64,000 bases of DNA, taken from Heteronotia binoei. Its lineage: Eukaryota. The stretch is taken from NCBI RefSeq assembly GCF_032191835.1, contig NC_083233.1, positions 34,658,001 to 34,722,000 of the forward strand, read 5' to 3'. The first letter of the stretch is position 1; every line of letters starts with the position of its first letter. Below, piece by piece: positions 51,012 to 63,463 of the stretch. A model generated the notes under the pieces. It saw only the letters and a program-made list of their open reading frames with translations. It was not told the DNA's origin and did no database searches. A program made the translations under genes and the position numbers.

Positions 51012-51418
51012 GTAAGAGACACAAATCCATTCCTCTTTTCTAGCCCAGAAGTCCTGGAAGTTGAGCAGAAAGCCTAAAGATTGAACTGTACAATTCTTAA
51101 ATAATGGATTCAGTTTGGTATTAAGTGGTTCTACCACCCACACTTTCCTTAAAAATTATAATTCTATAATCTGGCTCTTACATGACACCCCCCCCCCCCC
51201 AGTATCTTCCCAACTTCTGACTAGGTCACACCTGCTTCGTTTCAGTAAATTGGCTGTATCTAATGTTTTTTAGAGTATTTGCTGGTCCCAAGGAGGGAAA
51301 TTTCTTACCAGTACTGTCTTCTTTTAGCAGGCTTGAAGCAGAGGAGGAGGGAGAGTGTACTATTTCAACCATTTGCTTACTGGTGGTCTGCATTGGCTTA
51401 TTCCAAATTACATACACT

Positions 51419-51616
51419 CAGGGCTTTTTTGGTAGAAAAACCCAGCGAGAACTCATTTGCATATTAGGCCATACCCTCTGACATCACCATTGTTTTGCAT
51501 AAGGTTTTTTTGCAAAAAAAGCCTAGCAGGAACTCATGTGCATATTAGGCCATACCCCCTGACACCAAGCCAGCCAGAACTGCGTTCCTGTACATTCCTG
51601 CTCAAAAAAAGCCCTG
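51419..51616 (+). mobile_element. hAT-type MITE family B
   Basis: TIRs; TSD catacact/catgcacc (2 mismatches). Confidence 0.8.
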
Positions 51617-52552
51617 CATGCACCTTGCTGGGTTCCCTAATGCTGTGCAAATGCGACTGGACCCCCACAGCCATGGTCTAGCAAATTGGCTGATGATGGT
51701 AATGTGTTTAGACCAAAGGGCTGTACTAAAACTATTTTGCAAACCATTTGTAATTTTATTTAGTGGAAAATGTAATGCTATTATATTGCCATGATATTTG
51801 AAGGGACCAACTGGCAGAAGAGACCAAGAGCCCTGTAACTACTGTTCCCAAATCTTTGCAGAAACCATATAAATATTACTGGAGGCTGGGACCGTGGGTC
51901 TGGGATCATAAGAGCTGCTTAGAGATACAACCAAACAGCTTGAGTATGCTCAGTGGGATTTTTGATTAGCAGCCTCCCAGTTCCTGTTGTACAACATGTA
52001 TTTGGAAGCCCTTCCCAGGGGCAAAGCACTTGGCCATGGAACATGATGGGAGGCTGTTCAGTATGCACAAATTCTTGGGCACATAGAACAGGCTGTTCTA
52101 CAGATACTGACAGGGTCACTGAGAGCAGGAGAATGGGTAGACAAGATTGTGGGGAGCTTAATCACTCAGGGGGCCTGTGCAGCATAGGAAGTCATGTTTT
52201 GCTTGGGTCCAAGTGGTGGAGGAGATAAATCTTTAACTGGGGAGGACCCCGAGGTTCTCAGCAGCCTCTGGTTGCCAACCAATGCTATTATAAACTCATT
52301 ACTATACTTCAATGATGTGCCAGTCTTTTGAGGAACAGTCACAAGCTGACCTTTCTTTTAAACAACAAGAACTAGAAGTTGATGCTTCAGCTTTAAGAAA
52401 GCCGGAAGATCCATGGACAAAATGTGTAATGCTAGGGGTCTGCAATCAGACTCTCCCATGCATAATTTAGGAGCATAAAGCAGCTGTAGGGTGATAGAGG
52501 AATGGGGCCTGCAGGGGTTAGGCTGCAGCAACACCAGGGAAAGGGGTTGAAC

Positions 52553-52772
52553 TAGAGTTGCCAATCTCCAGGTAGTGGATTGAGATCTCCCACTATTACA
52601 ACTGATCTCCAGGTGAGAGAGCTCAGATCACCTGGAGACAATGGCTGCTTTGGGAGATGGACTCTATGGCATTATACCCCATTGAAATCCCTCCTCTCCC
52701 CAAACCCCACTCTCTTCAGGCTGCATCCCCAAAATCTCCAGATTATTTCCTAAAACAGCCCTGGCAACTCTA
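52553..52772 (-). mobile_element. hAT-type MITE family C
   Basis: TIR tagagttgcca/tggcaactcta; TSD ggttgaac/ggtttaac. Further family C copies near 42300-42705, 46040-46456, 49618-49838. Confidence 0.8.
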
Positions 52773-53102
52773 GGTTTAACTCTGCCATTCACCATGTTGT
52801 TTCCCCAGTGGAAAATACCTTCTCCGAGTTGCTTTGATTCCCAATAGAGAGAAAAAGGCAAATAAACATATTGGGCCTGTCTTATTTCTGTCATAACACC
52901 AGAGAAGGGGCATTTTCAGTCAAGAATACCCCCTTTCCCCAGCACTGAATCCATGTCAATCTCCTCCATGGCTTTTTGTGACATATCTGGGATATCGGGT
53001 CACATAATGACACTGTCATGTGCAGAATAGCCTTTAGGATGAGAAAAAGTTGTACAGCCACAGTTGTACAGATTATGTAAATAGCTTTCTCCCCTTTTGC
53101 AG

Positions 53103-53218
53103 TGCTCTGGAAATCCACATGGAGCTGTGACTCACTCCAACACTAATTTAAAAACAAGGCAGACTACGTATACATGGCTCCCGCCTAACTCTGGCTGCCC
53201 CCCAGTGGTTATGTTCAT
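53103..53218 (+). CDS. Reeler-domain protein exon 3
   Basis: CSGNPHGAVTHSNTNLKTRQTTYTWLPPNSGCPPVVMF (Reeler vTH...K....W.xP motif); acceptor ccccttttgcag, donor AT|gtaagt. Confidence 0.92.
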
Positions 53219-53574
53219 GTAAGTTTCATGAATTCTTTTTAAAAATGATGCCTTCCTTTAAATGTATTTTAGTTCCATTCCTTGTAGAAACAGAAAGTTC
53301 TTTAAATGGGCATAAGGGCTGCCAAGAAACCAACACAAGCTTCTTTCTTACTGTTCACGGTAATTTTATTCTTCCAGGATGCAAAGGATGTTTTTTTAAA
53401 AAAAAAAGTAGAAAAAATTTTCAGAGACTGAATCCTCCCCCATGCACATAAGAAGTGCCCTGCTGGATCAGACCAGTGGTGCCTCTCATCCAGCATTGTT
53501 TGACAAAGAGGCCACAGACAGGACATAGAACCCAAGGCCTTCCCTGGTGCTGCCTCTTAGCACAAATATAAAGA

Positions 53575-53776
53575 AGAGAATAATAATAAGAAACTGGATT
53601 TATACCCCACCCTTCACTACCTGAAGGAGTCTCAGAGCAGCTTACAATATCCTTTCCCTTCCCCTCCCCTTTCCCCACAACAGACACCCTTTGAAATAGG
53701 TGGAGCTGAGAGAGCTCTGACAGAAACTGCTGTTGAGAGGAAAAGCTCTGTGAGAACTTGCGACTGACTCAAGGTC
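53575..53776 (-). mobile_element. 5'-truncated Squam3-like SINE
   Basis: Shares body and tail with the copy at 20910-21226. Confidence 0.7.
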
Positions 53777-54146
53777 TACTGCCTCTGAATGCAGAGGTTC
53801 CCTTTAGTCATCATGGCTGGAATGTTGATGGATCTCTGCTGCATGAATCTCTCTCATCCCTTTTTAAAGCTGCCTATGCTTGTGATCACCATTATGCAGT
53901 GCATTTCACAATTACTTGTCAAGTGACAGAGTACTTCCTTTTTTCTATCCTGAATATATTGTCCCATCAACTTAATTGGGTGTACCTGAGTTCTTAAGTA
54001 AAAGGGAGTTTTCTCCATCCATTTTTCTGCACCCCATGTATAATTATGTAAATTTCTATCATGGCAGATTGCAAAGGTCTATTTTTAAATGTATATTAGA
54101 AATCTTGTCTCTCTGCCTCCCCCCCCCCCTTTATTTTTTAAATCAG

Positions 54147-54211
54147 AGCAACGGTTGCCCAATCTCGTGAAATCTACTGGACCAATGTCAAGTCTAAAGT
54201 GATCTGGAAAA
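54147..54211 (+). CDS. Reeler-domain protein exon 4
   Basis: ATVAQSREIYWTNVKSKVIWK (Reeler C-terminal ATV...W strand); donor A|gtgagt. Confidence 0.9.
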
Positions 54212-54833
54212 GTGAGTAATTCTCTAAAGTGCTATTTTGAAATAAGGCCCTGCTTTCAAGGTAACTAACGGCTTCCACTAAAATAGCATATTATGCATGG
54301 AAAGAATACATTGTATTTGGGAGAGCAAGACAGCACTGCATTTATCATTACAGATCTGATCCCTCTACTTGGAATCAAAAGAATGGTTTCCTGTTTATCT
54401 AGCAACTAACTCTTGGCATTTCTGATACAGTGCATGGCTTTCCAATGGTACAAAAAGTATGCACAAAGTAAATAAATTAACAAAATGTCATTCCTGAGCT
54501 GTTTGGAGAAAGAACAGGATAAAAATGAGATAAAGTCCAAGAAAATTGTTACAGCTCATTAAATTGTTACAGATCACTAATTTGGCCCTCCGAGTACAAA
54601 GGAGATATATATTTGACAATGGTTAGGAAGGATATCACCTGGCTACATTGTCTCTGTCCATCTGGTTAGTCTTGGAAATAAGAGTGTAGTGGACTGAATG
54701 ACCCTTGGTCTAATCCAGAAAGACAATTCTTAATGTCCTTGAGTAAACTAAAAACTGAACCTCTGGTTTTATATTGTTTCAACTTTAGCCCAGAGTAGAA
54801 AAATCTTAATCTAATTTTCTTTCTATACTACAG

Positions 54834-54931
54834 ATCCCAAAGCTACTTGTGGAGCCCAGATGCTAACCAGAACATGGCCTGCTGCAGCACTGTTATCATC
54901 TATGCTACTCATTTTGCTTGTATACCTTTAG
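54834..54931 (+). CDS. Reeler-domain protein exon 5 (GPI-signal-like hydrophobic tail)
   Basis: Acceptor ttttctttctatactacag; NPKATCGAQMLTRTWPAAALLSSMLLILLVYL-TAG; five exons total 600 nt (199 aa). Confidence 0.82.
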
Positions 54932-55373
54932 AGACCCTTACAAAAATGACTACTTGGTAGTTGTGAATGAATGGAAACAGAATAATAATTTTTGTCCAAA
55001 TATTGAAGAAAATCCTCTTTTCAGCTCTTCCCTAAGAAAAGAATGGTGTTCCAACAAGCCTCTTCAAATAGAATTTATGTTTCTTATAATATAGGGCAAC
55101 TAGCCCCTAGAATTCTAGCCCCTAGAATGGGAGAAGTGAAAATAGGACATTTCGTATTTAATGAAAATATGATTCCATTGCTAGGATAAACACTATAGAT
55201 TTTCAGTGTACAAATAAACCCTATCACATTGTTTCCACATCATCTGGTTTGGCGTAGAACTTTTCAGATTTATTGTGGGCAGTGAAACTACTGGATAAAT
55301 GTCACTTAGTGTAGCTTAATTACCCAGATCTGGCAATGTTATCTCGAGTAAATGAACCATTAATAATCAGGAC

Positions 55374-55654
55374 TAGGGATGGGCACGAACCAAGCCATAA
55401 ACCGCGTGGAAGAACATGCCTTCTGCAAACCCTCCCTGAACTCCATGGAAGTTCATGAGCTTTGGGGAGGGTTCATACAGATTACTCCAAAGGCATTTAA
55501 ATGCTTCCAGAGCTTACTTCTAGGTCAGAGCTCACTCCCAACAGGCCAAATTATGAACCAGGGGAACTGGTTCATAAAATGAAGGAGTTCATTGGAGGTT
55601 CAAGGTTTGTGAAAACTCTGAACCACAAACCTCCGTTTTCCTGGCCTATGCTTA
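55374..55654 (+). mobile_element. hAT-type MITE (TIR TAGGGATGGGCAC, right TIR decayed)
   Basis: Perfect 8-bp TSD ATCAGGAC at 55366-55373 and 55655-55662. Confidence 0.75.
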
Positions 55655-56339
55655 ATCAGGACTATAATTAAGTCTGCCCTTACAGGAAAGAATATTTGAG
55701 CATACCATGAAGTAGGTATGAAATGTTAACACACCTGATGCAAATATTAGCATAATATTGCATGAAGAGGAATTCTTCAGAAATTATAACCAGTACGTTG
55801 GATTAGGATTTGGAAGAGGAAATGGGGATGCCCAAGCAGAAGACTACCAGTCTCCTCTTTAGCCAGATGAATAAAAGCATGGCCTCCCCCCTATATAGCT
55901 TGGGACCAAAGTATCTGAGGAACTGCTTGCTCTTCTATATATAGCCTGGACACTGATGTCATCTTTACAGGCTATTGTTTTGCATTCAGAAGTAAGGTGT
56001 GCAGACATAAAGACAAGGCCTTCTCAGCAGTGGCACCCCAACTGTTTCCATCCTGTCAATTCGCATCAGTGTTTACTGCCTATCATAGTATTTCAGGAGG
56101 GTAGCCACATCAGTCTGTACAAGCAGAACAAAATTCAAGTCAGTAACACTTTAAAGGTCAACAAAATCTTTCAGGGTACAAACTTCTGTGAGTCACTTTG
56201 TCAGACATACTCTCATCTGTATCTGATGAAGTCAGCTTTGACTCACAAAAGTTTATCCCCTGGAAAATATCATTGGCCTTTAATGTGCTACGTGTATTTT
56301 GCCTGCCAGAGATGAGCTAAGACTTTTTAAAAAATCCCA

Positions 56340-58878
56340 GATCATGTGTCTCCCACTCTCCCATGTTTAATGGTTCATTAAATTTAATCAATTGGAATGA
56401 AATTGATACTAAATTAATTATATGTATTTGCTAATTTGAAATTAATTGGATTTTGTTCGTACTGATTGACTTATTAATTGGCTGCTGGGAGGGTTTTAGT
56501 AATTGATTTAATGGGTTAGTATTTATTCATTCTGTTTAACTGTTGAGAATTTTTAGACACTAAATTAATGATTGAACTGCTGATTAATTAGATTTAATTT
56601 ATTAATTTATTACAGTACTAAATTAAGAGGGAGAAATTAGCATTGGGTAGGGTGTTATATTAATTTAGTGGGTAGACATAAATTGGGAATCCAATCAGAC
56701 TTAGTGGGAAATAGGAAAAACGAAACTAGTGCAATATTATATTACCAAATTGGAGTATACCAGGTATTGAACGATTGGTTTAATAGTGTGGTTACTAAGT
56801 GCTCCATCTTGATTCGTCTGAAGCTCCTACGAAGGCCACTAATGTGAGATGACTGAGCTGGGGATCCCGGTGTTCCTGGGGAGGGGAAAGTATAGTGGTG
56901 GGAACAGGCATTTATGTAAGGGAAGGAGGCCAAGATCCATGAATGCTCGACCTCCTTCCAGCCTGCATCCCATCCCAACAGTTGCAAGCAGTGGGTCCAA
57001 GTTAAAGCATCCGCCTCTGTCATTGGTGCTGTGCCTATTAATAATAAGACCTCTGTCCTGTGAGAATACCTGCAGGAGCAGAATATAGACCTGGCTTGTG
57101 TGACTGAGACCTGGGTGCGAGAGGGGGAGACAGTTGCTCTCTCCCAAGTAGCTCCTCCTGGGTTCTCAGTCCTCCACCAATCACGGACCAGCGGATGTGG
57201 GGGGGAGTTGCGCTGTTCATTCGGAAGGATTACTCCTTCTGGGCACTTCCGGCCCCAAAGATCACCGGTGTTGAATGTGCCGGCATGTTGGTTGAGGCGC
57301 AAGAGAGTTTGGCTATTTGGCTGGTGTACCGACCGCCCTCTGCACCAGCCAATGCCCTGCCAATCCTTGTGGAGGCTATAGCAGGCTGGGTGTTGCAGCA
57401 CCCTAGACTTCTGGTCCTGGGAGACTTCAATGTCCATGCCGATTATGTGGGCTCCACATTGGTGTTGGACCTGGTGTCATCCATGGCAGTGCTAGGACTC
57501 TCAAAATATGTAACAACTCCCACCCATCAAGCTGGTCACATCCTGGATTTGATCTTTGCGGCAGGAATGACAGTGGACCGAATTACTGCAGATGCAGTGC
57601 CGTAGTCAGACCACTACTCCCTGAAGGCTCATCTGAATGCCCCGCTCCAACCCTGCTTGGGCGGTAAGCATTATTTTTGCTCGCCCACAGAGCCAAATGG
57701 ATCCTATGCAGTTTCAGATGGCTCTTTGGGATCCTTGGTCCCCTGGCGATTCCCTAGATGAGCTAGTGGAGACCTGGCAAAACAGGCTCACCACAGCCAT
57801 CAATGAAATCACTCCCAGGCTCCCTCTGTGCCCCCATACAAAGTTGGTGCCCTGGTATACACGGGGGCTACGGCAAATGAAACGGAGGCTCAGACAACTA
57901 GAGGCAGTGGCGACAAGCCCGCGACGAAGTGACAAGCAGCTTATAGGATATTTATGAGAACCTATAAGATGGCGGTCAAGGCCGCTAAGAAAGTATACTT
58001 TACAGCCATGATCGCGTCTGCGAACTCGCGCCCAGCACAATTATTTAGAACAGTTCGGTCTCTAACTACCCTACTGATGGGTATACCAAATGCTAGGGAA
58101 TTCGATAACAGTGAGGCCTTTTCGAGCTTCTTCGCAAATAAAGTCCTGTCACTCTGCTATGACCTCCCAGTCACTTTAGAAACAGTAACAGAACTCGAGG
58201 CTCCGAGCACATCTTCTAGTCCAGTTTTGGATTTTTTCACTCCACTCAGCCTGGAGGAAGTTGACAGAATACTCTCTACTGTACACCCAACTACCTGTAG
58301 GCTGGACCCGTGCCCCTCTTGGCTAATAAAAACTGGCTGTGAGGGGCTACGAGCTCCCCTAAGGGAAATTGTCAACCAGTCCCTTCTTGAGGGAATCTTT
58401 CCCCGGCCTCTTAAGGAGGCAAACTGGCAAACTACCAGCCGGTGTCCAACTTGTCGTTTTTAGGCAAGATTATTAAAAGGGCTGTGGCAGTGCAGCTTCA
58501 GAGTTTTCTGGATGACGCTTCTGTGCTAAACCCACATCAATCCGGTTTTCGTCCAGGTCATGGGGCAGAGACAGTACTGGTCGCCTTCACAGATGACCTC
58601 CAGAGACACCTGGATAGAGGTGGCTCGGCGGTGCTGATGTTATTAGACCTGTCAGCAGTGTTCAACACAGTTGATCATCAGTTACTTACCTGTCGCCTCA
58701 CCGGCGCTGGAATCCAGGGGTTAGCCTTGCAGTGGCTTTCCTCCTTTCTCCAGGGTTGAGGACAGAGGGTGGCACTAGGGGAAGAACTATCCCGGCAACA
58801 CCCACTTATTTGTGGCCTTGGCGGGGAAGGCAGGATATAAATTAAATAAATAAAAATAATAAAATAAAATAAATAAAA
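56340..58878 (+). mobile_element. L2-clade LINE, 5' part retained, frameshifted and internally deleted
   Basis: APE endonuclease motifs (DLACVTETW, YRPP, LGDFNVH, PTHQAGHILDL), RT N-terminal motifs (QSGFRPGHG.ET, LLDLSAVFNTVDH), then an abrupt jump to an A-rich (AAAT)n tail at 58840-58878. 5' boundary approximate. Confidence 0.85.
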
Positions 58879-59009
58879 TTCCTTGGGATCTAAGACATTT
58901 ATGCCCTCTTTCCCCATTCTCAAGTCTATACTCAATATGAGGTACACTTTGTCAAATACATATTTATTCATATTAGGTTGGTTCTGGTAGAATTTATCAT
59001 GCCGTGGGT

Positions 59010-59030
59010 TTAGTCAATATTCTCCAAGCC
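59010..59030 (-). CDS. NDUFA1: NDUFA1 exon 3
   Basis: Acceptor tatttttcag; GLENID-TAA; AATAAA at 58968-58963. Confidence 0.92.
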   Translation of the reverse strand, partial: GLENID

Positions 59031-59726
59031 CTGAAAAATATAAAATTAAACAATGTTAAAGGCTTCTGCCAGATATAACATTGATGCCACCCAAGAGTTA
59101 ACAAATCCCTTTCCAAGGTACTTTTCTGCTTATTTTTGCTGACAATATAAAGGTGGTGATCATGTGCAGTGCAAGCAGTGTTGCACTGCATGATGGGTGA
59201 TTTTCCTGCCTAGCTGCCCCCTCCCAATGCAGTCTTCTGTTCCCCACACATGCCCCCCTAGGTTGGTTGGCCGATTCCCAGGGACAGCATGAGGGTTTAT
59301 ATATGAGGCTGCCATGAGAGGAGAGGAATCAGTAAAAATCACCTCCCTTTCTGCGTGGAAGTATCTGCCTCCAGAACTTCTTAGATGCAGCATCAGGCAG
59401 GCAAGCTCTCAGCACTGTTATTTGATCTCCAGCACTCAGCATTGTTATCAGTGATTTTATTTTCTGTCTGAAGGCCATATCCTACTCTGGTTTCTCCTTG
59501 AGATGTGTGGCTGTTAACAGATGTCAAGGGGCGCAGCCTAGCCCAGAAGTCACTCAGGGACCAAGGCAGAGGCTAACTGCTGATGAATGTATTTTTATCT
59601 GATGTACATCACCCAGAGCCTGGCCGTGGCTAGGATGGGGCAATTAATTAAACTGAAATAACAACAACCTTTCAGTACTAGTTTTGCCCTAACCACTTTG
59701 TACCAAGACATCTGTTCAGAACTCAC

Positions 59727-59816
59727 CTTTGATTCATAGTAGCGATCAGTTTCGGAAACACGCCTGTCCCTCTCCATTAGGTACCACTGATAGGCATTCC
59801 GAGCAATCCTCTTCTC
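59727..59816 (-). CDS. NDUFA1: NDUFA1 exon 2
   Basis: EKRIARNAYQWYLMERDRRVSETDRYYESK; acceptor ctgtgcccttag, donor AAG|gtgagt. Confidence 0.95.
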
Positions 59817-61088
59817 CTAAGGGCACAGAAACACATCAGAGAGTATAAAGGAAAGGAAAAAAAAGAAAGATGGCATGTAACTGGAAAAAAATATAGATGC
59901 AAAGCAAACCTGACATCAGAAAGAGGAATTAAGTACAAGTGATGCTGGTTAAAGTGCAAAGATTTTTCTGCAACCACACAACATTACAATCTAACATGTG
60001 GCACAATTAAATTTGTAGGTAGGGATACAGTTCAGCAGAGATGATTAAAAATGTTTCTGTCCCATTTCAGACTGCTAGTGTGGGTTTTTGTCACTAAATG
60101 TTTCCCCATTTTAACATACAGAAAACTAGCCATGATGTGTAATTGAAAGAGCACTACAAATAGTCTGTTGGTCCTGGTCCAAATGTTGTTAATTCTGAAA
60201 TGGCTTTTACTGTTGTGATTTCACTTACCGGTACATTTTTACCACATATACCTGTTATGGAGCTGGATATAGTGTGGATGGGCCTCTATGTCCCTGAATT
60301 ACCAATTATTTGACTAGTCCAACAACATCCACTTAATCTAGCGCAGTTCAGTAGAGACCTAAACACAGATCTATGCCGTTTATTTATTCAATTCCTATTG
60401 CACTTTTCCTCAAAGGAGCTCATGATGGTATACATCAGTTGCCTCTCCCTTGGTTTCAGCATCACAACAACCCTGTGAGGTAATTTAGGTTTAGAAATTG
60501 AGTGATTAACTTTTTTGCCGCCTAGTAAATTTCATAAAGGATCTGAACCCAGCCTTATTGTCACTTTAATCAATCCTCAATGCAGGCTACTGTCAGTCAC
60601 TTTATACATGGTATAGAAAGGCTACAAAAATCTTGAGATAAAAAGAAATTTATAACGTGAGACAAGATGGTGGATGGTTAGTGTCAAGCTACTGGGAGAT
60701 TAAGGTTACCAAAAACCCCTACTCCATCTTTTTGAAGCTTGCTTGCTTTATCCTAAGTTCCCAAAAGTACGGTATTTCTTTGCTTTGGAGTCAGTTCATG
60801 TTTAGGCCGACAAAGGGTCTAAACCCACAGCAGTGCCACCCCCCAAATACAAGCCAACCAAGCACACCCCAATAACAAGGACGCTCAATCTGTTATCGCA
60901 GCCATGCAGTTCTTGTGAGATGGAAGTGGAATCACACTGCAAACATGAGCTGTCCAGCAGCTATGCTTTGACTTCGTTCTCCCTGACAGGAAGCCATGCC
61001 AAGGATCATTCCCAATACACTGTCTTTGGGTTTCTTCCGGTATACCTGGATGCCATGAGAGCAAAGCGAGAGCCCCACGTACACAGGG

Positions 61089-61816
61089 TGTGACTAGGAT
61101 GCTTTTATTGTATAGACAATGTTATCTTGGGACTGATCCAATCAGTCATCAAAAACCAGACTTCACACAAAGACTCTGCCATACAATCTGAGTGGATCAT
61201 TCGGACTTGTGAACAACACAGAGACTCTCACTTTTGTGTAGTTCTGGGTGTCACTTTAGATAACAATTCGGCCCTAAAGATAGTATTATTTAGGTGAGCT
61301 AAATCCATCAACGCCATTAAACCTTTCCAAACCTTCCCTTTATGGTGTCATATACCACATGTACTAGTGTCAGAGACCACCTAACCCTGGTGTCACAGGT
61401 CATCTGACCTCCCCAGCCTGAGGGCACATGGTCATCTTTAAAAGGTCTGACCCATGGCTCCACAGGTGTGCGTCTTACAGTACCCCTACCTTGCTGTATA
61501 GGCCACCCCCAAAACCTGATCAGTTTTGGGTCCCCATAGTAAGATACGCGAGTCATGTCTTGCTCCCCCTTTTTGCCAGTATTGGATGTTTTATCTGAAG
61601 ACTGACAGGTAAAGGATCACCTTGTTTGTGTTATACCCTTATGTTGCCCCTATACCCTTTTTCATTTCTATTATTTCCTAGGCACTGTGTGGTTGATGAA
61701 TGGATTATTATTCTTGTATGACTATATTTTCCTAATAAAATATTCCTTTAGTTTACCCAAAGAATATTGCTTCTTTATTAATAGAGAAATTCTTGGGAGA
61801 CTGACTTCTGTATACA
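61089..61816 (+). mobile_element. Possible solo LTR in NDUFA1 intron 1
   Basis: About 730 bp, TG...CA ends, AATAAA near 61735, imperfect flanking caggg/caggt; boundaries uncertain. Confidence 0.3.
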
Positions 61817-61887
61817 CAGGTTTTGATCCTGCTTCAGGTGGTCATCTTTGCCCACCAAACTAATTCCCTAACTTCTTTTGAGGGCAA

Positions 61888-62702
61888 TATGGTTAACAGC
61901 CAGATCCCCCCTGGCCACTGGCAGGGTATTGGGGGAATGCACAGTTGCTAGATCCAGGTTGGGAAACTCTTGGAGATTTGGGGAGGGAGCCTAAGGAGGA
62001 CAGGGGCCTCAATGTGGTACAATACCCTAGAGCAGAGGTGGCCAAACTTGCTTAACATAAGAACCGCATAGAATAAAGGTCAGATGTTTGAGAGCAGGCA
62101 GGAAGGAAGGAATATGGGGAGAGAGTGGTGGAAAGAAAGCAACTTTAAATGCATTCTCTAAGCTGCCAGGTGGCTTGGCGAAGTGATTTAAAGAGACAAA
62201 TGCCTTCACCAAGCTGCACGGAGGGGGGGGGGTGCTTTGAGAGTCACACAATATGTGCAAAAGTGCCACATGTGGCTCCCGAGCCACAGTTTGGCCACCC
62301 CTGCCCTAGAGTGCACCCTCCAAAGCATCCATTGTCTCAAGAGGAACTCTCCGTAGTCTTCAGATCAGCTATAATTCTGGGGGGTCCCCAGGTTCCATGA
62401 GGAGGCTAGCATCTCTATGGGAGATCCAGGTTCAAATCCTCACTTCATCAAAAATCTCAGTGGGTAAGCCAGGGCCTATCACACTCTCTCTCAAACCTGT
62501 GTGTTGGGAAATACCTGAAAATTTGGGGGTGGAGTCTGGAAAGGGCTGGTTTGGGGAGGGGAAGGACCTCAGCAGAGTAAGAGGGCACGGAATTTGCCCT
62601 TCAGAACAGCCGTTTTCTCCAGGCGAATTGATCTCTGTCGTCTGGAGATCAGCTGTCATTCCGGGAGATGTCCAGGCCACACCTGGAAGGTTACTAACTC
62701 TA
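61888..62702 (+). mobile_element. Degraded family C MITE hosting a nested element
   Basis: Family C internal motifs (gggaaactcttggagatttgggg...ctccaaagcatcc) on both sides of the insertion; TIRs decayed. Confidence 0.55.
62033..62303 (+). mobile_element. Nested hAT-type MITE (TIR CAGGGGTGGCCAAAC)
   Basis: Perfect 8-bp TSD CCCTAGAG at 62025-62032 and 62304-62311. Confidence 0.87.
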
Positions 62703-62890
62703 CTCAAAACCCGCACAGGATTGTTGAGGCGATAATGTGGGGTAAAGGAGAACAAGGAGCGCCGCCCTGAGTTCACTGGAGAAGGGAGGGGATAAAAGTG
62801 TGCAACAGAGAAAAAGCAAGACCCAGCTAGAGAGTAAAACGGGAGCTCTCTCGCCGCCAGATCTCACCACGGCCGACTAGCCAGACATAC

Positions 62891-62992
62891 CTTTCCTCCG
62901 TTCGTGTATCTCTGGATCCAGTAGGTGCTGATCCCAGGGATAGTCAAGCACACATACATGATAGTCAAGGAAGGCAGGATCTCATACCACAT
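62891..62992 (-). CDS. NDUFA1: NDUFA1 exon 1 (MWFE subunit of complex I)
   Basis: [34 protein letters not shown], donor AAG|gtatgt; three exons give 70 aa. Confidence 0.95.
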
Positions 62993-63463
62993 CGCAGCGG
63001 CACCTGCGCACTCCTCCAATGCGACCACCTTTTTTCTCTCTGTCCTCAACACACACAGTAATCACTACGCATGCGCGAAAATATCTCCCCGACCGCCAGG
63101 CCTTTCCCAGAATGCGTAGCGCACTACGGTAGTAGTCGGCGGTTTTGCTATGGATCCAGTAGGTGCTGAGACCAGGGAAGCGAATAAAACAAGTCGGCTA
63201 GATCCGTGAGTGGCTAGGGCATGCCGGGAACGAGGAGGTCTCTGGAGCATGCTGGGAGCTGCAGTCCCTCCCGGGGTATGTCGGGAAGAGGAATCTCCAT
63301 GACAACAATGAGGCCTGGCGTGGCGGTGCGTCCCTGTGCCGCTGGAGGAGGTGTTGCTTTGGGGGCGGCTCTTTTTTCGCTACTCGCGCGAGAGGAGGGA
63401 TGGCCAATGCGTGCCCCAGTCAGAGCTGAGGCGGACGGAGGACGAAGGCCGGTTTGTTCTGCG
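62993..63463. promoter_or_regulatory. Bidirectional CpG-island promoter NDUFA1/UPF3B
   Basis: 471 bp between divergent ATGs; NRF1-like ACGCATGCGC 63067-63076 and ZNF143-like TTTCCCAGAATGC 63103-63115. Confidence 0.75.

Noticed and set aside
63221-63463. Upstream in-frame extension of UPF3B
   Set aside because: Similarity to UPF3B starts at MKEDKE (63464); the upstream part is GC-rich leader, though an extended isoform cannot be excluded.
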